Shown here piece after piece: positions 12,540 through 25,400 of a DNA stretch of 64,000 bases (position 1 is the first letter of the stretch; each line of letters opens with the position of its first letter). The DNA comes from Callorhinchus milii. Taxonomy: Eukaryota. Under the pieces are notes generated by a model. That model was not told where the DNA came from and did not search any database. It saw only the letters and a list, made by a program, of their open reading frames with translations. The stretch spans positions 5,334,001 to 5,398,000 of the forward strand of contig NW_024704743.1 of assembly GCF_018977255.1 (NCBI RefSeq), given 5' to 3'. The position numbers and the translations under genes are program-made.

Positions 12540-14150
12540 CAAAAATACCAAATTACATGTGCAAAGCGCCTTTCACATCGGGAGGATGTCCCAAGGTGTT
12601 GGACAGTTAGGGATTTGGACCTGAGGACGGGGGCTGGGATTAGGGATTTGGACCTGAGCACGGGAGCTGGGATCAGGGAGGGTGGAGGGTAGGAGGGTGG
12701 CTGAAGGCGTGGTCGAAGAGGAGAGTCTTGAGATGTTCCTTGAAGGAGGCAAGGGAGGAAGCGAGGCAAAGGGAATGTGGGATGGCGTTCCAAAGGGTAG
12801 GGGCAGAGAGGCTGAAGGCCTGACCACTGATGGTAGGGCGGGGTATGCGGAGCAGGCTGCAACTAGCTGAGCGGAGGGAGCGGACAGACTGATATGGGGT
12901 TAGCAGGTCAGAGAGGTAGGTAGGAGCAAGGCTGTGGAGGGCCTTGAAGGCGAGGATGAGGATTTTGAACTCTATCCTCTGGGGCATGGGGAACCAGTGG
13001 AGCCGGGCGATGGCGATGGGCGGGTGATAATAATAATAATCCTTGCATTTGATACAGCACGTTATCATGTTTTCGAGATGTCTCAAAGTGCTTCACAGGA
13101 TATACTGTAAAGTGAAGTGACTGTATATTTTGTGGGCGAAACGCGGCAGCCAATTGCACACACCAGCGTCCCACAAACAGTCACGGAGCCTAGTGTGGAT
13201 GAGGGTTTTGACAGCTGGAGAGGTGAGCAGTGGCAGAGCCGGGCGATGTTGCGGAGATGGGGGAAGGCAGAGCGGTGTGGGGTAGAAAGGACAGTTGGGG
13301 GTCAAGCGAGATGGCAAGGTTCCGGACTGGCTCAGTGAGGTGGAGTGGGCATCCTTGGATGGTGATACTACCTTTGCCTGAGGTGTGGAGAACCTCAGTC
13401 TTGTTGACGTTCAACTGTAGAAAGTTAGCTCTCATCCATGACAGACATTCTGTTAGGACAGCAGTGGTCCTGGAGTCGAGGGTGGAAGCAGAGAGATAGA
13501 GTTGGGTGTCATCCGCATACATGTGGAAGTTGATCCCATGTCTGTGGAAGATATCACCAAGAGGGAGCATATACATGCTGAAGAGGAGAGGACCAAGGAC
13601 AGAGCTCTGAGGAACGATGCACGAGACAGTGTGGGGGCTGGAGGAGAAGCTGTTTCTGAAGACAAAGTGGAGAGGGTGTGAGAGGTAGGATCTGAACTAC
13701 TTAAAGACAGAACCTTGAAGGTTGAGATGAGAAGAGAGATGGTGGAGGAGGATAGTGTATCAAAGGCAGCAGAGAAGTCAAGGAGGATGAGGAGACAGAG
13801 GGAGCCTTGGTCACAGATGGATAAAATGTAATTTGTCACTTTGACCAGGGCTGTTTCTGTGCTGTGGCCAACATGGAAACCGGATTGGAGGAGTTTGTGT
13901 AGGGAGTGGCGGGAGAGGAATGAGCGAAACTGGGAAGCAATGACTCGTTTCAGGACCTTGCATTTGGAAGGTTGGGGGTGGGGCGGTAATTTGAGATGGG
14001 TCCAGGGAAGGTTTTTTGAGGATGGGGTAGTGACAGCTGTTTTTAAGTGGGTGGGAACAGTGTCAGTGGACAGGGAAAAGTTGATGATGTCTTTGAGTAG
14101 AGGGGCAAGGAGGTGGAGCTGTGACGTAAGAAGAGGGGTAGGGATGGGAC
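12540..14150 (-). mobile_element. About 1.6-kb L2 remnant with a SINE nested at 13027-13187
   Basis: LLILLDFSAAFDT, FHMYADDTQLYLS, RLHWFPMPQRIEFKIL, 3' stem-loop tail. Confidence 0.88.
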
Positions 14151-15027
14151 ATTGTACAGGACAATACAGAACAATGTCCAGCTATAAAGGGCTCGCCATC
14201 AAAGAAACAATCTACTGACACTGCTCAGGGCTGCATGTGAAATGTGACCATCTGGATGAGATGTTCTCAGAGTGCTGCTATTTGTAGAGGGGTAAGAAAA
14301 GCCAAGCAACAGAAAACTCTCCTCCAACAGATACTTGCAAAGCGAGTGCTCTAACCGCTGAGCTACAGGGCTCCACAGTAGTGACATATACCCAAGCAAT
14401 AATCAGCGTTTTGAGAGAGGGGAGAAATGGGAAGGAAAATTGCCCCAAAATACGTGGTTACATGAAAGAAATAAGTCTAAAAGAGTAGCCAAGGGAGAAA
14501 TAATCACATATGGAATATTCAGGTAAAATGCATTAAATAATCCAGGTGTAAAACATCCAGGTGTTGGGTTCTTGTTGAATACGAACACCAGCATGGACTA
14601 GTTGGGCCAAAACCCTCAGAGCACAATAAGCAGAAAGTTATTTGAAACAATCAGAACATGCTTCATAATTACTATTATTACCTATTACCTCATCCACTCG
14701 CACTCTTAAACTGTCTCTCGGACATTCGTCCCTTGTGCTCACTCAGGATTCTCCGTATGTGTGTCTGTGTGTCCATGGGAACCATGTTTCGCTCAAAGTA
14801 GACTTTTGGCTAGAAGTTGAGGTGCAGAAGCATATTTGCAGAGAATGGCAGGTGCTGTAGTTCTAAAGTTGCAAACAGGATTGTAAGGTAGGAGTATAGT
14901 AAAGAAGATTGTTCTTAACTTAATTTCCTGGGCAAGAAATAACGTCAAGGCAGGCATCTTAACCATGTGCCTCCTTACAACACGGTCCCTTGATGTCTCT
15001 TCATACCTGTGGATGTGCACCACACAA

Positions 15028-15270
15028 GGCAGGGCAAAACCTTGGGCAAGTTTCCTTACTCCACACACCTAATAATAATCCCTCCAAAACAATAATAAAT
15101 TTTGAATCCACGAGTGTTTGTGGGACGCTGCTGTGCGCAATTGGCTGCCTCGTTTTGCCCACAAATATACGGTCGATTCACTTTACAGCATATTCTGTGA
15201 AGCGCTTTGAGACATCTAGAAGATGTGAAAAGCGCTATATCAAATGCAAGGATTATTATTATTATATTAT
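15028..15270 (+). mobile_element. 5'-truncated SINE, type B body
   Basis: CTTGGGCAAGTTTCCTTACTCCACAC...AAATGCAAGGA(TTA)n. Confidence 0.85.
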
Positions 15271-16521
15271 AATACACATCATACTGTATCTTGCTTCTTG
15301 TCAGTAAACTATTCTCCAAAAACACAATGAAAGGGTTTTTTCCCTACTTTTCTTTCCCTTCCGATCTCTTATGCCACCAAGCCTCAAACATGCATTGGAT
15401 GGTGTCCTGCAAAATTCCTTGAGACTTGGGCAATGCTGGCTAAATACCGGAACATAAAACAGAAAATAGGTAGCAAAATATTTACAATTGTAATAAATTT
15501 ACATTCATATAGCACCTTTCACATCTGGAGGACTTCCCAAGACGCTGGAATCTTTAACTTAATGCTTTAAACTTAGCTGGAGGTACAATTGATCCCAAGG
15601 GTGCCACAGAGGAATTTCATGTGTCCTCAAATCATTTAGCATAAACTAACATTGAGATAAGATTAAATAAACATTCTAACCGCCTGAAAATTACATAATT
15701 AACCTTTGAATCTGTTTAGGCACACTGTCAACCTCAATTTTACACATAATGCCATTGCAATAGGAGATCGACATTTTAAACCAGGAGCAAAGAACAGCGA
15801 ATCTCACTCACTATGGATGCAATGGGTGCAGACTGAATACCACATTAGCTCTCGCAAAATTTCTATCTATTTGTTTGCTACCTGCCTAACACATTCTGGT
15901 ATTGGAGACAGAGACAAAATGAATGATTCCTAATGATGACACTGGGCATAGCATACAAAACATCAGTCCAGGCGTTAGATATCAGATGAGTATCAATGAA
16001 GAGATTAACTTATTTCAAGTAATAACAACATGTTTTGCTGTACACAACATGACAGACTGTGAAGTAACCTTACTTACAAAAAAAAACTACCCTCGACAGC
16101 TTGATTACTTTGCGACGGTTCTCACCCCTTTATGTAACCCACAAAGTTGAGTAACGCAAAGTGTTTTCAATTCTAAGTGCAAATCCTTGTAAAGTTCTTG
16201 TGGAACTTAGCTACCGAGAGCAACACGACAGGTCGACGGATATCCTCAATTGACTTACAGTCCATGCAGTCAAGATGCTTTCCCCAGTACCTCGCCCCTT
16301 GCTTCCCCATCTTCAGGTCGCTCCTGAAGACATTCCTATTTAACCGTGCCTACGGTCACCTCCCCCCCTCCTTGGCACCGTGCTCCGCCGATGTTAATCG
16401 CTCTGGGACACTATCCTGGATGAGGGGACACTAAATAAATGCAAGTTGTTGTTATACTTATTTCCGGTGGTGGAGGCAGGGGCTGAGCGACCGCTCCTCG
16501 ATCACAAACTACCAACGGCAG

Positions 16522-16556
<35 letters not shown>

Positions 16557-16969
16557 ACGCCCTTTACCGGCACACTACACCAGTAAAAAAAAAGTGTTTT
16601 AAAACAAAAAAAAATCCTAAATAAATAAATTATTGGGTCGCTCAATCCACGACCGTTTGTGGGACATTGTGGGACATTACTGTGCACAGTTTGCTGCCGC
16701 GTTTCACTACACTTTACAGTCTATTCTGTGAAGCGCTTTGAGACGTCTTGAAGACGTGATGAGGCTCTATATCAAATGCAAGGATTATTATTATAATTGC
16801 TTTCGTGTTAGGGGGTGGTGCGGGAGGCAACCCTTCCACTAAAAGTCACTTTACATAAGAACGTAAGAAATGCTAGACGATAAAAGACCGAGGTCCATCC
16901 AGTTCGTCTTCCAACCTTCCTGGCGGTCACATGCACATGTGTCCCAAGTTACCTATGTACTGTATCCCA

Positions 16970-17655
16970 GTGTTAGTTGGTCAGCCTGGCTCACACTTGT
17001 GGGTCCAAGCCCCAAGTCAGGACGGTGAGAATCCAGTGTAATGCTGGGAGTATGCTGTATTGTTGGAAGTACTGTCTTTCAGTTGAGTTGTTTAAAAAGA
17101 CCCTGATATCCCATCTGCCCGGTTGGGGGCACTATTTGAAAAGAGTTTCTCGCTGACAACCCCCGGGACTGTTTGGGGGACATTGCCGTGCCCGAATTGG
17201 CTAGAGCATTCACCTGTAAAATACACAAGTCACTGCACTTCACAGGAAATTCTGTGAAGCGCTTTGAGGCATTCTCCTAAAGTTTTCTGCCATTTCATAC
17301 TCTTTCAACTTGGATTACTTGGTAGCACTCTTAACAGCAGATTGTGGGTTCAAGCCCCACTTTGAGAGTTGAGCTACTGGGAAGGGTACTACATTGTTGT
17401 TGGTTCTGCCCTTCGGATGAGACATTGAACCAAAGTTTTGTTTGCCCGTTCAGGCAGTACATTAAAGATTCTGTAATTGTCAACAATTCGATCTACTCGA
17501 TCTACCACTGTTTGTGGGACACTGCTGTGCGCAAATGGCGTTTCGCCCACAAAATATACAGTCAATTCACTTTGCAGTACATTCTGTGACGCGCTTTGAG
17601 ACGTCTCGAAGACGTGATAAGGCGCTATATTAAAATGCAAGGATTATTATTATAT
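16970..17655 (+). mobile_element. Two tandem older Deu-type (SacSINE1-like) SINE remnants
   Basis: GTGGGTTCAAGCCCCAC...GGATGAGACATTGAACC...TGTTTGTGGGACACTGCTGTGCGCAAA. Confidence 0.6.
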
Positions 17656-18764
17656 TAGTATTTAGTTGCTCAGCGACAGACCATCATAGGCTGGAACCCT
17701 CCCTCCCTCCTTACAGTTTGCCACACAAATCCACCTCGCTGTTTGATCCTGGACTTTTCAAATGGGCCAGAGGAAATCTCTAGTGCATCCTCAGGAGCTC
17801 AGAACCATAAAGGAGACCTCTTTTCAAACAGGTCAATATGCCACAAGTTGATCTGCATTGGGATTGACTTGTTATCCTTGAAGGGAATAATTGGATGGAG
17901 ACTTGTGTGGACTATTAACACCAGCATGGACTAGTTTGGGCCAAATGTGTAATATTACTTGATCCAAATCAAGGGTATGTTTTGTAGCTTCTTTATTTGG
18001 ATTTCCAAGCACTCAATAACCAAGCACACTCAACCACACACTTTGTACCACGCCCAGTATCCTTTTGTACTTCCTGCCCTTCGTTCTCGGTCCTTTGCTA
18101 ATTGTCAATTTACTCTTACAGGCGTATCCAACAAAATGTTTCCTTGCTGCAACAATCTATAGAATTCTTAAGAACACAAGATTGGTTTGGATGAAGAAGG
18201 CCCTCTGGCACATCCTTCCAGAAGGATCCTTCCAATGCTCAACATCCTACCATTTTATTATTATTATTATTACTCCTCTCCTCCCCCATCACGGATGGCA
18301 TCAAGCTGTTTTTTTTAAATATTACAGTGTCCTAGCCTCAACAACAACTTGCATTTATGTAGCGCCCTTCACCCAGGATAATGCCTTGGAGCTCTAACAT
18401 CTTCCCTTGGCAAACTGTTCGTATTGTTCATTACCCTCACGGTAAAGGAAACCTCCTGGTATCTGTCCTGAAATTGCCGTTTACAACTCCTGTCGTTCGA
18501 CTCGACTATGTTTATGACAATTTTTTGGCTTTGGTTTCTGTACCACTATGGTCTTTGGTGGACATTACTTAGATGTTCCATTGTATTGAGGTAATTTTGT
18601 TTCTTCCCATTTTCTACCTTTGACAATCTTTTACTGTCCTACTTTTAGCCCTACTATACCTCACCAGTTTTTGATCTATCTTGTTTTTCTCTACTCTTCA
18701 TGACAGTGCAATAACATTATTAATCTTTGAATTCAATTCGGTATCTCAGTTGACTATAGCTCCC

Positions 18765-18956
18765 AGTTTCATTTTCCAATAAGGATTTGCTGTTCCACGA
18801 AACATTTGTCATTGTGAAACTGAAACCAATTTCATGTTTTCAAAAGTGCAAAACAGTTCTTAAAGCAAAGCTGCAAAGTATGTTCTACAATGCTCACAAA
18901 GAGTTGTGTTTTAACCGGATGAAAAGTATAATAAATTACACATCAATTTCCCGGAA
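18765..18956 (+). promoter_or_regulatory. Interferon-response cluster upstream of PARP14-like gene (two ISREs and a GAS)
   Basis: AGTTTCATTTTCC 18765-18777 (ISRE consensus AGTTTCNNTTTCY); GAAACTGAAAC 18816-18826; TTCCCGGAA 18948-18956 (STAT GAS); 335-530 nt before the ATG. Confidence 0.7.
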
Positions 18957-19225
18957 GGAAATGCAAACTTTTAAGAAAAGCTTTCAGATTTTTTTAAAAA
19001 GAAAATGGGAGTAAGATAAGAGTATTTCGGTGGGGGTGGGCTGCAACTCGTCAATGATAGAAATATGATTTCACTGTTTTCTATTCAGAAAGGATTCTGT
19101 TGAGTTATTCTGTAGTAGTTTTCACTGCATTCTAAAAAAAANTGGCTTGCCTTTCTATTTTTCTGCATTTATAATATTAACTTAATTTACAAAGCAGTTC
19201 ATTGGGTGAGTATCATATTTGTGAA

Positions 19226-19243
19226 CCGCCCACTTATATAAAT
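19226..19243 (+). promoter_or_regulatory. Possible core promoter (GC box plus TATA-like)
   Basis: CCGCCC 19226-19231 then TATATAAAT 19235-19243, about 50 nt before the ATG; transcription start not determined. Confidence 0.35.
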
Positions 19244-19290
19244 CAACTCATTCAGACAGATTCTTGAGTTCAAGTTTAGATGCCTTGAAG

Positions 19291-19471
19291 ATGGCTTGTG
19301 GAGGGATAGTTTATTCTGTCTATGTGACAGGTTTGTCACAATTTAAGAAAAGAACAGTTGAAAATAAGCTAGCTGCTTACTTTCAAAGTAAGAAGAAGTC
19401 TGGTGGTGGAGAGTGTAATGTAAATATCCTTGAAAATGGAGAGGCAATGGTAACTTTCAACGAGAAACATG
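19291..19471 (+). CDS. parp14: PARP14-like exon 1 (RRM-like N-terminus)
   Basis: AAG ATG G start; [15 protein letters not shown]...[19 protein letters not shown]...MVTFNEKH; donor G|GTATGT, phase 1. Confidence 0.88.
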
Positions 19472-22400
19472 GTATGTTTTGCTGTAGTTTTACATTTAAA
19501 ATTAGTTTGCAATACAGTGAGACTGAATTCAGAATATAATAGCAACAAATTGCATTTATATAGTGTCTTTCACATCGGGAGGATGTCCCAAGGCGCTGGA
19601 CAGTCAGGGTTTGCACCCGTGCTGGTGGTTGGCATCAAGAGGGGTGGAGGGCAAGGGTGGTGAGAGGGTGACTGAGAGCACGGTTAAAATTACTGGCTAT
19701 GGCGAGAGGAAGATCGTGAAACGGGTGCTGAAGGAAGCAAAGGAGGGGGTGAGGCGAAGGGACTCACCAGAGTTCCAGGGAGAGGGGCAGAATGGCCTGA
19801 CTGCCGATGGTGGGGGGTGCAGGGCGGGGGAATGGATAGGTTGGTAAGTCGCAGAGGTAGCGAGGAACAAGACCGTGGAGGGCTTTAAAAGAAAAGCAGT
19901 TTGCATGTTATTGCGGCATTTGTTTGCATGTTATTATTCATAGTGCAAATTCTTTTTTAAAAAAATTATTTTTTTTGTTCCAATTAGGAAACATTTAAAT
20001 TGTAATTTTACAGCTTTTTCCAAATAAAATAAAATGAAAGTTGATTTCCTTGAGTTGAATCCCCTGGAAATCCCCCACCTTCTTGTGAAACTGAAAGAAA
20101 ACTTTTGCAGCTTAAGGCTCAGTCAGTTCTTAAAGTAATTTCCTGTTTTAAAACTATTACAACCGTTGAACACAGTTATTAAATCAACATGAAACCAAAA
20201 ATATAAACAAATTGTTCGCAGGTTCTTTTCGTGTCGACGATGCCATTTTACTGTTCATCAATCCTAAAGCTCTGAAAATATTTGAAAACATTAAATACAA
20301 ACATGGTGGAAATCCACAACAGGACAGGATGTATCAGAAAGAGAAAGTAACTTAGCTTTTTGTTTGTCAGCTTCCATAAGAACTTTTGTTTCTGTGCGTC
20401 CTTGTCTTAGTTGCACACATAATTTGTTCGTTTAAAACACCGTCTTAATTGGCTTCCGCCCGGCAGTGGTACAGTATCGTTTAAATGTAAAGAAAAGTAA
20501 AACTTTTCAGGGTGAAAGTGTAAAAGCTGCTGACTTTTTGGACTCAAGGATTATCGAAGCAATTCCTTTTATGAATCATGGACTGTGATCCCGTCCACCA
20601 CCTTCTTTCCTCATGCCTGGAGAACACAGGTGGCTGGGGAGGAAATCATTCTAGTTAGACACGCAACAACAACAAATTACATTTATATCACATCAGGAGG
20701 ACGTCCCAAGATGCTGGGTAGTCTTGCACCCGAGCTGGGGGTTGAAATCGAGAGGGGTGGAGGGCAAGGGGTGGGGGCGGTGAGGGTGGGAGTGGGGGTG
20801 GGAGAATCACCAAAGGCACGGGTTCTGACCCACTTACGCCCCAACCCACAACCTGCTGCCTCCGCTCGACTGGCATCCTGTATTCTGCTCGTGCCCTCCG
20901 TTCCACCATTGGCGGCCATACTTTCAGCCACTACGCCCGAAACTCTGGAACACTCTTCCTCTATTCCTCCATCTCGCCCCTTCCTTCCCCATCTTCAGAT
21001 CGCGCCTGAAAACCATCATCTTCGACCGTGCCTACGGTCACCTCCCCCTCCCCCCCAGCTCGGTGTCGTGCTCATCCACTGTTCTGTACCTTCTTTTAAC
21101 ATGTATTTTTGCAGCTATGTATTGTTGAGCGCTTCAGTAAGCCTGTGTGCTATTGATGGCTTGGTGTTTGCGCTATTGGAAAGCTCGTGCAGTTACGCAG
21201 CTGCGGTGTATAGCTTTAAGAGCGATTTAAAGTCCATAGCCAGTAATTTTATTTAAAGGAAAATAGCTCATCAGCGACATCAAATATAGAATTGGCAATA
21301 ATTTGGTGGGAACTTCCCTTTGCTATAGTTATAAAGAACTGGTAGAACCAGTCGTCTTGCTGACTCTCATTACAGAAGTTACACCTCAAAATAGGGTACT
21401 TGCACTCACAGAGAAGGGACTAACAGAGAGGCCGTTTAGTTCACTACACAGGAAACATTTTGGGTGTTTACATTAGGGGTGCGAATCGTCGCAGTGTGAC
21501 CACATCTGTATTATCATGGATGTTGTCACACCCATGGCTATATATGGACTCTTTCAAATATTCCAATAACAAACCTCAGCATTGGAATTGTGATCCCATT
21601 CTCCACCTTTTTTGCCCATGCCTGAAGAACCCAACATTCACATAGTGCCTTTCACATCGGGACGATATCCCAAAGTGCTGCGAATTGGAATCAGGAGGGT
21701 GGAGGGCAAGGGAGGTGAGTGGGAGAATGACCGAAGCACGGTCAAAGCGGAAGGGCTCGAGATGGGCCTTGAAGGAAGCAAGGGAGGGGGCGAGGAGAAG
21801 GGACTTGCCAGAGTTCCAGAGGGGCAGAAAGGCTTGACTGCTCGAGCGGAGGGAACGGGCAAGTTGTTGAAGGTTTTAGTAGCTTGCAGAGGTAGGGAGG
21901 AGGAAGACTAGGGAGGGCTTTAAAAGTGAGGACTAGGATCTTAAGCTCGAACCTCTGTGATGTAACTCCTGGGTAAATGAAATGAGTAAATTCAATACAA
22001 AATTTTGGGTTGCCCAACCATTATCAATTTGCAACATGCACCAATACAGAATAAACAATACCAGGCCACTAGTGATGGACGATCATGCAAGGGAATACAC
22101 TTGGTCATTTTAAAAGAAAATAACAATCTGTGAGGAGCAAAATTAAAGTTGATTCTTGTAAGATATAATATAATAATAATAATCCTTGCACTCGATATAG
22201 TGCTTTTCACATCTTTGGGACGTCTCAAAGTGCTTCGCAGAATATACTGTAAAGTGAATTGACTGTATTTTTGTGGGCGAAACGCGGAGGCCAATTGAGG
22301 ATGGCAGTGTCCCACAAACAGTTGTGGACTGAGTGCCCAAATTATTATTGTGTTTTTTTTCTTGAGGGATTATTATCAGGCGTGTGGAGTAAGAAAACTT

Positions 22401-25400
22401 GCTCAAGGTTTCGCCCCCTGCCGGGAATCGAACCCAGGTCTCTGGCTTGTGAGATGAGTGCTCTAACCATTGAGTTATAGGACTCCCAAGCATTCTAGTT
22501 GGAATATAGTTAGTACAGCAAAAGTGTATTAAAACGTCCCTCAAAATAGCACCAGCTTGCTTATGAATTCACAGGGAGTTCATGGTACCTATCATAATAA
22601 TAATAATAATAATAATCCTTGCATTTGATATAGCGCTTTTCACATCGGGAGGACATCCCAAAGCGCTTCACAGAACACACTGTAAAGTGAATTGACTGTA
22701 TATTTGTGGGTGAACGCGGCACCAATTGCGCACAGCAATGTCCCACAAACAGTCGTAGATTGAAAATAACCAATTTATTATTGCTTTGTTTTGGAGGGAT
22801 TATTATTAGGCTCTGTGTGGAGTAAGGAAACTTGGCCAAGGTTTCGCCCTCTGCCTGGAATTGAACTCAGGTCTCTCGCTTGCAAAGCGAGTGCTCTAAC
22901 CACTGAGCTACAGGACTCCACATCCACCTAGTGAGGAATCAAACCCACACTTGTTGGATGTTAAACGACAAATTAGTGACTATCCTTCTTGAGGGGAGGT
23001 AAGCGAGGTTTTTTCGGAGTTGAACTGGCTCCAAGGTGACATGTTTGGCAACCGAACGAAGGAATCGAACCAGCCCTCTGTGGTGGTCTTTGTAGTCCGT
23101 TTCCTGAACCATGCAACTACGTAGTACACCAGGGCACTGCTGATGACAGCACAGCACAGCCCGGCTCATAGGCAGGGCCTGGAAGGACAGACCAATCACC
23201 GGGTGCAGGGAATTATTCCTCTCAAAGCCAAAGTTTTCTGCCATTTACAGTGGAAGTGAAAGTAAAGTACTGTAGTTCCTTTTTTTTATAACAATGATGA
23301 AGTATTCCTTCTGCTTCTACAGCAAATCCTTGTTCTAATGCACTTTGATGTAAATGTGGGCTCACTTATAGGACAATTGGGGTTTGGACCCTGAAATTTA
23401 TTTACCAAAAAATCCAAAATGATGGCAGAAAACTTGCCACTGTGCTTCAGAACTCTGACTGGCTTCCCATGCGCTAAAACATGACCGACTTTGGGGTCAT
23501 TTGGTTGATGTTGGCGATGACCCTCAAGTCAGATATTGTTTAGATTGGGAAGCCAGTCAGCGCATGCATCTCTACTCTAATCAACGCCCCCCCCCACCCC
23601 GCCCCACCCGCTGACTCGGGCCTTCTGTGCATCCCTTGACAAACCCTTGGTTGCTCGACCCCTACACATCACCATTGGCAGCTGTGCCTTCAGTTACCAC
23701 GTCCCGAATCTCTGAAACTCCCTGCTTCAATCTCTCGCACCTGAAGACTTTTCTCTTTGACCATGTCTAAGGCAGATCCCCCTTTTCCCCGTCTAGGTGT
23801 TCAGGGCCTCAAATCCTTACAGACGTAAGGAGTGATAGGAGTGATGGGTGGTTGGGTAGGTGGAAAATGGATGGATGCCAATGAATCCATTTGACCATCT
23901 AATTTTGATAGAGGTGATTTTTCAACGTTCTCACTTGGCATCTTTCTAGATATTAATTGAAGTAATAATTTGGAATATTTTTAATTTTAGCACAAAAGTC
24001 TGTCTTGGAAAGGAAGCACTTCATTACCATTGAAGGAAAAAGCATTCCGCTAACTGTAAGCCAGGAAAGTGATAAAACCAGCATTCCTGAAGATGTCCAA
24101 GATCTTACCTCACCGGTAAGTGTAACCTCTGCAATAAATGTAAGATCCTGTTAACTTTTCCCTGTTTCATTGTTTTACTTTAGACACAGAGCATGCAACA
24201 GGCTGAACAAATTATTCTTTATTGATAATTTCTGACCTTTTTAATTCTTTTACATTTTCTATTCCACATAGCCCAGCAGAGCATTGACCTCAAGGCCCTT
24301 GTCCTCACCTTGTAGAGTAGAGAGTGATGGACTCACTGCTCCTTATCTCTTCAATCTCCTCCACCCCTGCTGTTCTGCCCATAACAAGGCCAGATTAAGG
24401 GATTGGGGGCTTCTAAACCAGATCACATTTGGGAGGCCCTTTGAACTATGCACCAAAATATGCAACAATACCTTTCTAAAATACTTTCTTGCATCACTTC
24501 ATAGTTGCAAACATGTCAACCCCACGATCAAATCTTATTGTACAGGTCAGTTTGTGCTCAGTTGACATGATTTTGATCTATTCCAGGCAGGTCAGGGCGA
24601 AACCTTGGGCAAGTTTCCTTACTCCACACGCCTAATAATAATCCCTCCAAAAAACCAAAAACAATAATTAAATTGGTCATTTTCAATCTACGACTGTTTG
24701 TGGGACATTGCTGTGCGCAATTGGCTGCCGCGTTCGCCCACAAATATACAGTCAATTCACTTTACAGTGTGTTCTGTGAAGCGCTTTGGGATGTCCTCCC
24801 GACGTGAAAAGCGCTATATCAAATGCAAGGATTATTATTATTATTATTATTATTATTTGATCTATTCTGGATCATTGTAGATCTGAGTGTGTATTTGATG
24901 AGACTCACCTTTGAGAATGAGCGTTCACATTCACAGACTGTTACAAGTCGTGTTAAGAACATACAAAAGAGCAACTGCACACATTTGGAAATGTTGACTC
25001 TACCAAATGATTCTGCTTCCATATACTCTGGCAGTTTTCTCACACTTAATACGTGACATGAAATCCAGAAAGTGCAAGAATGCAAAAATACTGTCTATAT
25101 TAAAATCTTTCAAATCTTGCCAAATAATTTTGCAGGAAGACATTACCCCAATTAAGATCAACATCAATCAAGGCTGACTCATGTTTTTTTCCTGTAAATA
25201 ATAATAATCTTAACAATAATCCTTACATTTGATATAGCGCTTTTCACGTCTTCGAGACATCTCAAAAGCGCTTCACAGAATATACTGTAAAATGAATTGA
25301 CTGTATATTTATGGGCGAAACGCGGCAACCAATTGCGCACAGCGGCGTCCCACAAACAGTCGTGGATTGAGTGACCAAATTATTATTGTTTTTTTTTCAA

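Noticed and set aside
14690..14870. Exon-like block on minus
   Set aside because: Stops in all three frames; could be non-coding but is unsupported.
16460..16585. CpG-containing promoter-like patch
   Set aside because: Short, with no linked exon or gene that I could identify.
19142..19142. Ambiguous base n (also at 58049)
   Set aside because: Assembly ambiguity after poly-A runs in non-coding sequence; no effect on the gene models.
20585..21256. 223-aa plus-strand ORF
   Set aside because: Chance read-through across two oppositely oriented L2 fragments.
22850..22919. tRNA-Ala-like sequences (also 10147, 30750, 37570, 55425, 58894)
   Set aside because: They are SINE heads running into SINE bodies, without a complete acceptor stem.
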